Assembly: GCA_964016885.1 (NCBI GenBank)
Contig: OZ024747.1
Coordinates: 88,226,001-88,290,000, forward strand
Reading direction: 5' to 3'
DNA length: 64,000 bases
Source: Eledone cirrhosa
Taxonomy: Eukaryota
Shown here: piece after piece, positions 1-20,928 of the stretch
Numbering within the stretch: position 1 is the stretch's first letter
Layout of the letters: every line of letters starts with the position of its first letter
Program-made: the position numbers and the translations under genes
The notes under the pieces: generated by a model
Databases searched by the model: none
Told to the model about the DNA's origin: nothing
The model's input: only the letters and a program-made list of their open reading frames with translations

Positions 1-534
1 GCTTTCTGCTTGTGAAAGATGTCCATGCTTTCTTCAACACACTTTTAATCCTCTCTCAGTATCAACCAAAATAGTTTTCATAAAGTCTTCTTTGTATGTA
101 AACATATAAAGAAGAGTTGTTTCTTTTATGTATACATTTTTAAACAATTGAATATTTCATTATCAATGAAATCGATAGTAATTTAGAGTTTTGAGCGATA
201 TATAGATGAAAGAAAGTCTAAAATAATTTTTCAATGTGGCTTCTTTTATCCTTTTATTTAGTATGCTTAGTGCTTATAGGGATGAGTAACTATTTATACA
301 TACATATTTTTGTTCTTATATATACATTTGGAAAATATTTTTGATTTGAAATATGTTGTAATTTGGAAGATTTTTCCCAATATGATTTAGAACAATGTTT
401 TATAGTTTTATACAATATATCATAAATAGTTTTAATACAACAGACGTAATGAAAAAATAAACCTTGATCATTTTCTATTATTCTATCTTCCAATATCCCA
501 GATGTATGCATTACATTTCTACAGTTCTTTATAT

Positions 535-1632
535 ATCATCATCATCATCAGGTTTAGCGTCCGTGTTCCACGCTTGCATGGGTTTGGACGGGGGTTTTCC
601 CACTTGAGGCAAGAGTGGTTGTCTTGCTCGCATAGGACTGTCTGGCGGGTTTTCTACAGTTGGATGCCCTTCCTAACACCAACCACATTTACAGTGTGGG
701 GCTGGGAGGTTTTTACCGTGTTGCCTACACGGCCACATTACAGCGTGGACTGTCTGGCGGGTTTTCTACAGCTGGATGCCCTTCCTAACACCAACCACAT
801 TTACAGTGTGGGGCTGGGAGGTTTTTACCGTGTTGCCTACACGGCCACATTTACAGCGTGGACTGTGTGTTTTTTGTCGTGACACCTACACGATCTCATT
901 TGTTTCGGCCTGGATGTTGTGGGACCAACATAACTGTACATTGAAAGGGGCGGTGTGGATGGGGTGGAGGTGGTGGGACGGGGGGGTGTTTTGATAGAGA
1001 TGCCTACTGACTGTAGTAGGTTTTTACTTTGTATTTACGTAAGGCGGGTCTTCTCTATTACTGAGTACCGCCGAAGGTCTCGGTCCAGTGACATTGTCTT
1101 GGAGAGGTGTAAGCGTGTGAGGTCGGAATTTATCAGGTCGTCCCATGTTTTTCTGGGTCTGCCTACTCCGTGGCTACCGTCTATCTTTATTGCCCTGCAC
1201 TTTGTTATACAGCTGTCGTCTTTCATGCGCATCACGTGACCGTACCAACGTAGCCTTCTCTCGAGTAAACAACATCTGATCCCTCTTATTTCTAATTTTT
1301 TCCTTAGTTCGTTTATGCTTTGCCGTTCACATATATTACTATTGCACATCCAGCGGAGCATGCAAGCTTCGTTCCTCTCTAGTCTGCGTATATCCTCTGC
1401 ACACAATGCCCAGGTCTCACTGCCATGCAGCATTGCTGTTCGTATGCAGGCATCGTATAACCTGCCTTTCATTTTTAGGGAGAACCCTCTAGCGGCTAAT
1501 AGTGGTATAAGCTCTCTGAACTTTTTCCATCCAGTTCTGACTCTAGCTACTGTACTTTCAGAGCACCCTCCCCCACTGCTGATTTTGTCACCCAGGTAAC
1601 GGAAGCTGTCCACTATTTCTATAGAACCCTCT

Positions 1633-1636
<4 letters not shown>
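535..1636 (-). mobile_element. 5'-truncated RTE-clade LINE (family 1): RT C-terminus, 3'UTR and (GAT)n tail
   Basis: ORF 1035..1613 has typical RTE C-terminal motifs ([42 protein letters not shown]). (ATC)n tail at ~535-550. The 5' end abuts (TA)n. Confidence 0.93.
635..865. repeat. 112-113 bp tandem duplication inside the RTE 3'UTR
   Basis: GGACTGT recurs at 635, 747 and 860, and the two units are nearly identical. Sister copies at ~11.3 kb and ~17.6 kb have only one unit. Confidence 0.9.
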
Positions 1637-1678
<42 letters not shown>

Positions 1679-1680
<2 letters not shown>

Positions 1681-1805
1681 TATTTGTACAGATTAAAGTT
1701 TAAGCAAAGAATTGCTGCTTTCACCCTTTAACAAGATCCTCAGAAGATCTCATTAAAGGGTGAAAGCAGCAATTCTTTGCTTAAACTTTAATCTGTACAA
1801 ATAAT
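1679..1805. repeat. 53-bp perfect inverted repeat centred on a hammerhead-like core
   Basis: Arms are 1679-1731 and 1753-1805. The minus strand reads CTGAGGA-tcttgttaaagggt-GAAA-gcag caattct ttgc-TT. The helix I partner is missing. Confidence 0.85.
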
Positions 1806-1889
1806 AAATATTTGCTGTACAGGTTTTATATATACAATCCTTATCGATTCCTCTTCAGATTTTAGTCTTCATAATTATTATTATATATA

Positions 1890-2780
1890 CAGGGTGTGAA
1901 CAATATTTGTTCGCAAGATTACTTTCTATGAAAAAATAACACAGTAGTTTTATTTTTTAAGATTTATTTATCAAACTTGGGTCAGTTTGTCTTCATGACT
2001 TGTTCTTTCGATCTCACTTGATAAACCCGCCATTGGCTTTGATGATAGCCTCAAGGCGGCCTCGGAATCGGCTACAGGCCTTCGTCACTGTCCCCTGACT
2101 TAGGCTCCAATAAGCACTTGTGATCCTGGCCTTCAGATCGTCTTTCGTATTGCATCTAGATCTGTTGGTGTCTCGTTCCACTGCGCCTCAGGCAAAGAAG
2201 TCGAGGGGGTTGCAGAGGCCAGATGTCAGGTAAAGTGTGGTCGACGAAGTTCTCTGACAATCAGGCTTAGGTCTTTCAGCTGGTATTGCAGGACTCGCTG
2301 CTACATGTACGGCCTACCTGCAGCTACCTGGTTGATTCAGGGCTTTACTACCTCGCTCAGATGAGGATGTAGCCATCGGTGTTCAGCTTGAGGCCCTCAG
2401 GGAAGAAGTGAGGTGGCATGATGTCACCTTGACTGCTGACGACACTTAAGACCAATGTTGTTGCTGGAAACTTTGTCTGCATGACTCTGGGTACGTCTTT
2501 GGATGAGACAGCGAGGCACCTGTTGTTCTGGGAGTTGATCTTCTGGTCTTGGCAGAAGTTTTTCTCGTCGGAGAAAAACCACAGTATGTCTGGCTCCAGT
2601 GGGTCTTTCAACTTGTTGATCAGCTTCTTTGCGTGCTTTAGTCACTTTTCTTGCATCGCCTTTGACAGAAATTGTCCTTTCCTCATCTTGTATGAAACGT
2701 AACCTAATGAGCTTTTCATCCACGCCTTTCTCCCTTGCAATGGCACACAAAAGACGTAAAATAAGAAAATTTTAAAAAAT
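1890..2780 (-). mobile_element. Degenerate Tc1/mariner-superfamily transposon (maT/DD37D-like), one end present
   Basis: ORF 2357..2611 contains WFFSDEKNF...QNNR...KFPAT..V..VVSSQG.IMPPHFF. A decayed WP..CNPLDF lies near 2200-2230. TA-CAGGGTG terminus at 1888-1896. Multiple frameshifts. Confidence 0.82.
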
Positions 2781-8690
<5,910 letters not shown>

Positions 8691-9594
8691 ATAAAAACAA
8701 ATAACGAAACGAAATTAAATTTCGTTTCGTTTGTAACTCACTTTTGTATGACTGACGCTTAAACAATTAAGTTAAAAATGTACATCCACATATGTATACT
8801 GAAATACTAGTATGCATATGAATACACACACGTGTACATATGTAGATGTACCGAGTTTTTCACTGGACACTTTACTGTGAGTGTCCAGCTATTCTGTATG
8901 TAAACACACAGACAAACCGGTTTTTAGAGTCATACTGGTTTTCGAGGAAACACCTTTCCTCTATTCTCCAGAAAGCCAGACAAGGAATATTGGACTAGTT
9001 TCGATGTTGTTACATCTCATCAGCAATATTTACCTATCTTCCGGCCTTTCTAGAGAATCGTAAAAGCACATATCGTTATATGCTTTTTCTATGAAAATTA
9101 GTAGTGGGCAGACTAATTTGCATAGAGCGTGAGTACATACCGGTTCAGCGGAGACGATAAAAACAAATAACGAAACGAAATTAAATTTCGTTTCGTTTGT
9201 AACTCACTTTTGTATGACTGACGCTTAAACAATTAAGTTAAAAATGTACATCCACATATGTATACTGAAATACTAGTATGCATATGAATACACACACGTG
9301 TACATATGTAGATGTACCGAGTTTTTCACTGGACACTTTACTGTGAGTGTCCAGCCGAAACTAGTCCAATATTCCTTGTCTGGCTTTCTGGAGAATAGAG
9401 GAAAGGTGTTTCCTCGAAAACCAGTATGACTCTAAAAACCGGTTTGTCTGTGTGTTTACATACAGAATAGCTGGACACTCACAGTAAAGTGTCCAGTGAA
9501 AAACTCGGTACATCTACATATGTACACGTGTGTGTATTCATATGCATACTAGTATTTCAGTATACATATCTGGATGTACATTTTTAACTTAATT
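8691..9594 (-). mobile_element. ORF-less HHR-bearing element: 466-bp monomer, partial tandem copy and inverted copy (PLE pLTR or retrozyme-like)
   Basis: 8691-8889 is repeated directly at 9157-9355 (period 466). 9356-9594 is the reverse complement of 8765-9003. Flanked by (TA)n. Confidence 0.85.
8986..9030 (-). ncRNA. Minimal type I hammerhead ribozyme
   Basis: Minus strand: aatattg-CTGATGA-gatg taacaa catc-GAAA-CTAG-TC-caatatt. 7-bp helix I, G-C-closed helix II, palindromic ACTAGT helix III, GUC cleavage triplet. Confidence 0.9.
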
Positions 9595-10932
<1,338 letters not shown>

Positions 10933-11483
10933 AGACGGTAACCACGGAGTAGGCAGACCCAGAAAAACATGGGACGAGCTGATAAATTCCGACCTCACAC
11001 GCTTACACCTCTCCAAGACAATGTCACTGGACCGAGACCTTTGACGGTACTCAGTAATAGAGAAGACCCGCCTTACCTAAATACAAAGTAAAAACCTACT
11101 ACAGTCAGTAGGCATCTCTATCAAAACACCCCCCCGTCCCACCACCTCCACCCCATCCACACCGCCCCTTTCAATGTACAGTTATGTTGGTCCCACAACA
11201 TCCAGGCCGAAACAAATGAGATCGTGTAGGTGTCACGACAAAAAAAAAAAAACACACAGTCCACGCTGTAAATGTGGCCGTGTAGGCAACACGGTAAAAA
11301 CCTCCCAGCCCCACACTGTAAATGTGGTTGGTGTTAGGAAGGGCATCCAACTGTAGAAAACCCGCCAGACAGTCCTATGCGAACAAGACAACCACTCTTG
11401 CCTCAAGTGGGAAAACCCCCGTCCAAACCCATGCAAGCGTGGAACACGGACGCTAAACCTGATGATGATGATGATGATGATGA
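10933..11483 (+). mobile_element. RTE family 1 3' fragment
   Basis: Near-identical to the reverse complement of 535-1185 without the duplication. (GAT)n tail. (TA)n on both sides. Confidence 0.92.
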
Positions 11484-11491
11484 TATATAGT

Positions 11492-11523
<32 letters not shown>

Positions 11524-11628
11524 TATATATATATAGTTATATATATATATATATAGTTATATATATATATATATATAGTTATATATATACTAACCACAGT
11601 AAGTAAGGTACTCAATATATATTTATAT

Positions 11629-11748
11629 GAAGGCGTGTGGCTGAGTGGTTAGAGAATTGGATTCGCAATCGTAAGGTTGTGAGTTCGATTCCTGGACCAG
11701 GCGATGCGTTATGTCCTTGAGCAAGACACTTTATTTCACGTTGCTCCT
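11629..11748 (+). mobile_element. tRNA-derived SINE (family S1), 5' part
   Basis: A box (TGGCTGAGTGG), B box (GAGTTCGATTCC) and a CORE-like GTCCTTGAGCAAGACACTT. Confidence 0.8.
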
Positions 11749-11849
11749 TCTACCTGGAGTTGCAACCGATAGATAGTATTAGCAATTGGAAAGACCAACG
11801 GAAACATTGTTCCCTCGGTCCGATTTGGCGAAAGTCGATCGCTCCTTTA

Positions 11850-12678
<829 letters not shown>

Positions 12679-12977
12679 CGGATATGTGTGAGTATGAAAA
12701 AATATATTTATATACTTAATTTCATATTTGTGTGTCTATACGCATCTTATCTGTGCATTATAAACTTACAGAGACATTAACCTTGAAATTTTGTATTTGC
12801 ATCCATCCTTTTAGTATGCGTATACAAATTATACATACATTTTTGTAAAATATGTGTAAGGGTTTTACATGTATATACACACACCGAACTGCATTTAACC
12901 CTTTGTGTTTTCATTGGTCAATTTTGTTCCCAAACGGACCTGAAATTTTGAATTGTTGTTATTATCAATAAATATAC

Positions 12978-13131
12978 TTCATTATTTCTGAAGACGGCGT
13001 ATATATGTGTTGGTATGTATATTTAATCTTGATAGTTTGTATAATTTTGTATAATTTTGTACATAGATCTGTTGAATCTGCATGCCAATTCTAACACATA
13101 TATATCCTAGAAACGATCGTTAAATAATGAA
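12978..13131 (+). ncRNA. Type I hammerhead ribozyme with ~115-nt extended helix II
   Basis: ttcattattt-CTGAAGA-[115 nt with tatatatgtgttgg/ctaacacatatata and tggtatgtatatttaat/gttgaatctgcatgcca pairings]-GAAA-CGATCG-TT-aaataatgaa. Perfect 10-bp helix I and palindromic helix III. Confidence 0.8.
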
Positions 13132-13192
13132 CTTTTTTTGTTTAATATAAGGAACTGTCTTATTGTTTATTCATTATTTGTTTAATATTTTA

Positions 13193-13247
<55 letters not shown>

Positions 13248-13248
13248 T

Positions 13249-13323
<75 letters not shown>

Positions 13324-13350
13324 TTATATATATATTTATATATATATATT

Positions 13351-13807
<457 letters not shown>

Positions 13808-13808
13808 T

Positions 13809-13998
<190 letters not shown>

Positions 13999-14024
13999 AA
14001 TATATATATATATATATATAAATA

Positions 14025-16620
14025 TCACTCCTTCTTCAAGAAATGATGAAGGAGTGAGACTTCTTGAATTTTGTGATGCGAGTACATTGACTATTTGCAA
14101 CACAAACTTCCAGAAACCTGCCAATCACCTAATAACCTACAAATCAGGTGAGCACATAAGCCAGATTGACTTCCTGCTAGTTAGGCAGCGGGACAGGCAG
14201 ATAGTGTCTAATACCAAGGCATACCCTGGGGAAGAATGTACCCCACCGCATAGGTTAGTTGTTAGTGATATCTCAGTAAGCAAGAGATGGAATGAGACAT
14301 ATAGGAAGGTGTGGAGAAGAAAGGTCTGGAAGCTAAAAGACCTTTCACTAAAATACAAATTTAGGAAAGCCCTTCAAGATGTATATGACGAAAAAGAAGA
14401 CGATTTAGAGACGTATGACATAGATAATAACTGGAAGTTCTTACGTGACAACTTGCTGCAGGCTACTGATGAAACCTGTGGCTGGAGCAGAGCTCCAACC
14501 AGACAGAGAGTGACCTGGTGGTGGAACAGCACAGTAGATAAGGCCATTAGAGACAAAAGACTAGCATGGAAGGCTTGGAAAAAGGGTGGGAGTAGGGAAG
14601 AATATACAGCCACTAAGAGGGAAGCTAGATGTCAGGTGTACTTAGCACGCAGGGAGGCAGAGAGTAGGAGGTTTGCCAATGTTCTGTGACGGGAAGATCA
14701 GAGGCGTGCGGTGTTCCACATTGCAAGGCAGTGTGTCAATGCAAATCAGGATGTCGTTGGAGATAAATGTGTCCGGGATGATGCCGGTGTACTTAGTGTC
14801 ACGAATGACCAGAAAAAGGAGGCCTGAAAATGTCATTATGAGAGACTGATGAATGTGGAGAACGAATGGGAGAGAGAGAAATTACCCTTGGTAGATCCGA
14901 CAGAGGGACCAGCTATTGAGATTGACGAATATAGGGTCCAAGAGGCGATTAGGGAAATGAAAAATGGTAAGGCGGCCGGACCATCGGGAATAGTTGCTGA
15001 GATGCTGAAGGCATCAGGGGACGTAGGCACTAAACTGGTTGCACGCATCATCAATCAGGCTATATATGGTGGTGTCATACCCAAAGACTGGTGCAGCAGT
15101 ATTCTCATAAATTGCTACAAAGGTAAAGGGGATGCTTTGGAGAGGAGCAATTATAGGGGTATAAAACTGATAGATCAGGTTATGAAAGTGGCAGAAAGGA
15201 TTTTAGCACAACTAATTAGAGAAAGGGTCAAACTAGATGAGATGCAGTTTGGTTTTGTGCCTGGGAAGAGTACAACAGATGCCCTCTTCTTGGTGAGACA
15301 AATGCAAGAGAGGTTCTTAGAGAAGAATAAGCCACTATACTTAGCCTTTGTTGATCTAGAGAAGGCCTTTGATAGGGTACCCCGATCTGTCATCTGGTGG
15401 TCCCTAAGGAAGCTAGGTGTTGAGGAATGGCTTGTGAGGACAGTGCAAACTTTGTACAGAGGTTCTCTCAGTAAAGTCAGGGTAGGTATGGAGTTTAGTG
15501 AGGAATTCCAGATACAAGTAGGAGTACATCAGGGTTCGGTCCTCAGCCCGCTCTTGTTCATTATAGTCCTCCAAGCCATAACAGAGGAGTTTAAGACTGG
15601 CTGTCCATGGGAACTTCTCTACGCTGACGATCTGGCTCTTATAGCAGAATCAGTAGAGGAGCTAGAGAATAAATTCCGGCTATGGAAACAGCAGTTGGAA
15701 GCAAGAGGACTGAGAGTAAATCTAGCTAAGACAAAAGTGTTGATGAGTAGAAAAGAGGACAAAACCCTGATTCCGTCAGGGAAATGGCCATGTTCGATAT
15801 GCAGAAAAGGAACTGGCATAAATTCTATAAAATGCACAAAATGCAGGTCCTGGGTACACAAGAGATGTAGCGGGATAGCAGGCAAACTAACAGGTAGGGA
15901 GAAATATGTATGCGGTAGATGTACAGGGAAATTAGACAGTAGAAGTCGCACTGATAGACACATTTTTCAAATGCGAGAGGGCGCTATAGAAGTGATGGAT
16001 AGCTTCCGGTACCTAGGAGATCAGATTAGCATGGGAGGAGGGTATTCCGAGGCCATAGTATCTAGAATAAGGACGGGTTGGAAGAAGTTTAGGGAGCTGC
16101 TTCCTCTGTTGACGAAGAAGGGTTTCTCCCTGCGTACGAAAGGCCGGTTGTATGATGCCTGTGTGAGGAGCGCGATGCTGCATGGTAGTGAGACATGGGC
16201 AGCAACCGCAGAGGATATGTGACGGCTGGAGAGAAATGAGGCAAGCATGCTCCGTTGGATGTGCAATGTAAATGTGCGTGAACGACCCAGCATAAATGTG
16301 TTGAGACAGAAACTGTGTCTGAGAGGGATAGAATGTAGTGTACGGGAGAGGAGACTGAGGTGGTATGGACATGTGATGCGCATGGAGGATGACCGATGGG
16401 TGAAGAAGTGCCAGGAAATGCCAGTTGAAGGAAGATGTGGTAGAGGTAGACCACGAAAACATGGGCGGAGGTGGTGAGAACAGACCTCAGATCATTGAAG
16501 CTCACGGTGGAGATGACGAGGGACCGTGACGAGTGGAGAGATGCTGTGCTGAATAAGACCCGTCCCACCCTTGCAAGCAGGGAAAAGCGGACGTAAAATG
16601 ATGATGATGATGATGATGAT
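14025..16620 (+). mobile_element. 5'-truncated RTE-clade LINE (family 2), pseudogenised
   Basis: APE C-terminus (SQIDFLLV..HRLV) and RT (QFGF, AFVDLEKAFDRVP, GVHQGSVLSPLLF, LYADD), plus a Cys-rich insert and RLRWYGHV. In-frame TGA at ~14687, ~14825 and ~16220. (GAT)n tail. Inserted in (TA)n. Confidence 0.95.
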
Positions 16621-16639
16621 ATAAATATATATATATATA

Positions 16640-16779
16640 TCAGATTCCTGATGATTTCTAAAGAATGAAACAGTTCTAGTCCTGTAGAATCTCATCTATA
16701 TTAAAACTTTTATACTCTGCAATGTATTGAGTACCTTACTTACTGTGGTTACCTCCGATTCAACCCGGAATAACGTATA
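16640..16779 (+). mobile_element. 140-bp HHR-bearing repeat (family H1), right inverted arm
   Basis: Reverse complement of 13351-13490. Confidence 0.88.
16642..16692 (+). ncRNA. Type I hammerhead ribozyme (H1 family)
   Basis: agattc-CTGATGA-tttctaaagaat-GAAA-cagttctagtcctg-TA-gaatct. GUA cleavage triplet. Confidence 0.82.
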
Positions 16780-16800
16780 AATATATATATATATATATAA

Positions 16801-16869
<69 letters not shown>

Positions 16870-16872
16870 AAT

Positions 16873-16987
<115 letters not shown>

Positions 16988-17017
16988 TATATATATCTAT
17001 ATAAATATATATATATC

Positions 17018-17110
<93 letters not shown>

Positions 17111-17111
17111 T

Positions 17112-17142
<31 letters not shown>

Positions 17143-17143
17143 C

Positions 17144-17176
<33 letters not shown>

Positions 17177-17210
17177 ATATCTATATATATATATATATAT
17201 TTATATATAT

Positions 17211-17843
17211 CTACTCGAGAGAAGGCTACGTTGGTATGGACACGTGATGCGCATGAAAGTCGATAGCTGTATAACAAAGTGCAGGGCAATAAAGATAGAC
17301 GGTAGTCACAGAATAGGCAGACCTAGAAAAACCTGGGACGAGCTGATAAACTCCGACATCACACACTTACACCTCTCCAAGACAATGTCACTGGACCGAG
17401 ACCTTTGGCGGTACTCAGTAACAGAGAAGACCCGCCTTACCTAAATATATAGTAAAACCTACTCCAGCCAGTAGGCATCCCTAACAAAATACACCCCGTC
17501 CCACCACCCCCACCCCTACCCCATCCACACCACCCCGTTCTATGTAAAGTTATGTTGGTGCCGCGCCATCGAGGCCGAAACAAATGAGATCGTGTAGGTG
17601 TCACGACAAAAAAACACACAGTCCACGCTGTAATGTGGCCGTGTAGGCAACACGGTAAAAACCTCCCAGACCCACACTGTAAATGTGGTTGGTGTTAGGA
17701 AGGGCATCCAACTGTAGAAAACCTGCCAGACAGTCCTATGCGAGCAAGACAATCACTCTTGCCTCAAGTGGGACTACCCCCGTCCAAACCCATGCAAGCG
17801 TGGAACACGGACGTTAAACGTTGATGATGATGATGATGATGAT
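17211..17843 (+). mobile_element. RTE family 1 3' fragment
   Basis: ORF 17244..17444 ([14 protein letters not shown]), same 3'UTR as the other family 1 copies, (GAT)n tail, (TA)n flanks. Confidence 0.92.
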
Positions 17844-17844
17844 C

Positions 17845-17915
<71 letters not shown>

Positions 17916-17928
17916 ATATATATATATT

Positions 17929-17967
<39 letters not shown>

Positions 17968-18008
17968 ATATATATATATATTTATATCTATATATATATA
18001 TATTTATT

Positions 18009-18067
<59 letters not shown>

Positions 18068-18106
18068 ATATATATATATTTATTTATATATATATATATA
18101 TTTATT

Positions 18107-18165
<59 letters not shown>

Positions 18166-18178
18166 ATATATATATATT

Positions 18179-18273
<95 letters not shown>

Positions 18274-18503
18274 ATTTATATATATACATATTTATATATA
18301 TATATATTTATATATATATATATTTATATATATATATATATAGTAGAATAATCGAGTATCGAAAAATCGGCGCACGAGTTCACGATAAACAAAATTCGAG
18401 ATGATCGGCAGAGGGCTCTATAATTCAAATAAATTAGAGCTATAACTATCGTTAAAATACCGTCACACGTAGAATATGTCTACAATCAATATATATATAT
18501 ATT

Positions 18504-18566
<63 letters not shown>

Positions 18567-18569
18567 ATT

Positions 18570-18606
<37 letters not shown>

Positions 18607-19260
18607 AAAGTAAATGTGTCATGAATATATATAACATCTCAATGAAAAGAGATTGCTAAAAAGTCTCATTCAGAAAAGCAAATACATATAGAACATCTTA
18701 TACAAAATAACTGAAATGCCTGTGAACTGTTCTTTTTAGGTTACTTTATTGGGATCTACCCCTCAGTGATTTTATATAAGATGTTCTATATATATTGTGT
18801 GGACGTTAGAAAACGTTCTATACATATCACATTATATAAGGAAAATGATAAAAAATATCCTTTTTTTTAAAATATATTTACCAGATGCACTTTTTGAACG
18901 CCTCTTTTTTTTTTATCATTTTCCTTTATATATATATAAAGATGTTATGTAGATTTCTTAAATAGGTGCTTTAATGTATTTGCTATTTCTTTTTAGCTGC
19001 AAGTTTATTTTGTGCATGTATGTCTACATTGATCATTGTATAATGAATTGAAATTTCTGTTCTCTTTATATATATTAAAGAGAATGTGAATAATGTTGCA
19101 ACAATATAAGCAGCTTGCATTTCTGTTAGCCAATATGTGTTGCAATACATTTCATTTATTTATTTTGTATTACAAAACATTACTGTTTAGAATTAGTGTG
19201 TATATGTTATTTTGAAATGATGTCTAATATTGTATTATTTAAACTTCTTTTCCTTAATAG

Positions 19261-19486
19261 GTCTCAGGTTCTTCCAATGTTTTAGCTGCTTCACCACAGG
19301 ACCGCAATGTTCTGTCTGTAACACCTGATCGGATACACCTTAGCTGTTCCAACCCTAACTTGATCACATATGAACAGGAAAAAAGCCGACCACACAGCAT
19401 TTCTGAGTTTTCCTCACTTACCAATCATGAACAACGAATCAAAGAAATAAAGTTGAGAGAAATGTTTCTGAATCGCGCACAATCTG
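19261..19486 (+). CDS. OSBPL6: ORP exon a
   Basis: VSGSSNV...RIHLSCSNPNL...EMFLNRAQS. tag|...|gtaag. Confidence 0.85.
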
Positions 19487-19804
19487 GTAAGATTATCATT
19501 TTCATGTAGTTTGTTGATATATTTCCTTTTTTTTTTATTGGTTTGTATCAAGTTAGCCAATCATATTGACCTTATTCATTATTTTTCAAGTCTGGTACTT
19601 ATTTTATTGATCTCTTCTTGTTGAACCACTAGGTTACAGGACATAAGCAAACATAGACACAAACTCACATACACCTCTGCCTCATATATATCCAACAAAC
19701 TTCTACACAGTTTCTGCCTATTAAATTTCACTCATAAGGCATTGGTCAACCAGAGATTATAGTAGGAGAAATTTGCCCATGGGGCCATGCCTGTGCCTAT
19801 TGAG

Positions 19805-20106
19805 CAGAGGTTCTCAAACTTTTTGGCCACTGCCCCCTTCACAGCCACGTAATACCCCCCCCCCCCTATTTCCAGAGTGACCTGCCAACACGCAAATTAT
19901 AAATAATATATAATAAATAATATAATATATACTATGTATAAATAAATATTATATATTTTTTTATTTTACTACATTTATGTATAATATGTATCATTTGATA
20001 TTTAATATACTATTATATCATCTCTACTGCCCTTTAAGGCCCCAGCACCACCTGGACCTTCTTAACACCACCTAGGGGGCGGTAAAACACATTTTGAGAA
20101 CCTCTG
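19805..20106. mobile_element. hAT (Charlie-like) MITE
   Basis: TIRs CAGAGGTTCTCAAA / TTTGAGAACCTCTG. 8-bp TSD CTATTGAG / CTATAGAG. Confidence 0.88.
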
Positions 20107-20392
20107 CTATAGAGGTATTCTCTCTGATTTTAACAGAACACTTACAGAGTGCCTTCGTTTTTATATTAAAAAATAAATTACACTTTTCAGTAAATAATAT
20201 TTCAGGAACATGTTTTTATTCTCTATAAACCCTTTTTAAAACCATGTTTCTAATGGAAAATGCTGAATTTGATTATGAAATAATTTTCAAAATAATCAAT
20301 AATTTTGGTGGATTTTCTCATTAAAAAAAATGTTTACATGAAATTTGAGTGGAAGGGTTTTAGATAAATATAAACACTTTCACTCTTTAGCA

Positions 20393-20603
20393 TTCACATT
20401 ATTCTATATTTACTATTGTATTTTCACAGAAAAGGCTTTATCTTACATAATTACCTCACATAATATCAAATCTATGAGATTTTGATATTATTTATTTTGA
20501 GAACAATACTTTAACTTCGGTAGGAGCTGCCAATTATGACTGGTTTGAACAGAAAGAGGTGAGAGAATTCTGGCTGGATATGGCCAGTTTAAATGCTAAA
20601 GGG
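20393..20603. mobile_element. piggyBac-like TTAA MITE
   Basis: Ends AATGCTAAAGGG-TTAA. Homologous to 46130-46322 and ~28835-29030. Confidence 0.65.
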
Positions 20604-20794
20604 TTAATCCCAGAATGTAATAAGTGAGAACAAATACTGCAAAGCATTTGTCTGGAGCTTTAAAGATTCAGCCAAAGAAAGTCTGTTATATTACTAAATC
20701 ACTACAAATTCTTGATTATTTTCAAAAACTACTTCAAAATAATTGGCAGTTTCATTATCTATATTGTTTTACTTGTATTAATTTTGTTTTTTAG

Positions 20795-20928
20795 TTCATG
20801 ACATTCTCAAGTCATTGGTTAGAATGGTATCCACAGAAAGAGATCGTTTGAAACAAGCCCTTGAACAGAATGTTATTGCTCAAAACAATAGTAACAATAT
20901 CAGCTCCCTGAAAGAATCAATGGCTGAG
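20795..20928 (+). CDS. OSBPL6: ORP exon b
   Basis: VHDILKSLVRMVSTERDRLKQALEQ...SMAE. Phase 1 to 0. Confidence 0.87.

Noticed and set aside
1315-1599. Antisense ORFs over LINE and PLE coding regions (also 15175-16568, 32713-34281 and 42570-43220)
   Set aside because: They are shadow frames of retroelement ORFs.
11629-11705. Possible tRNA genes here and at other SINE heads
   Set aside because: There is no complete cloverleaf, and each continues into a shared SINE body.
14687-16222. In-frame TGA codons in the RTE (and in PLE-B at 39218) as possible selenocysteine or readthrough sites
   Set aside because: In the RTE they fall at expected Arg or Trp positions (CGA/TGG>TGA). The elements are truncated and decayed, and no SECIS was identified.
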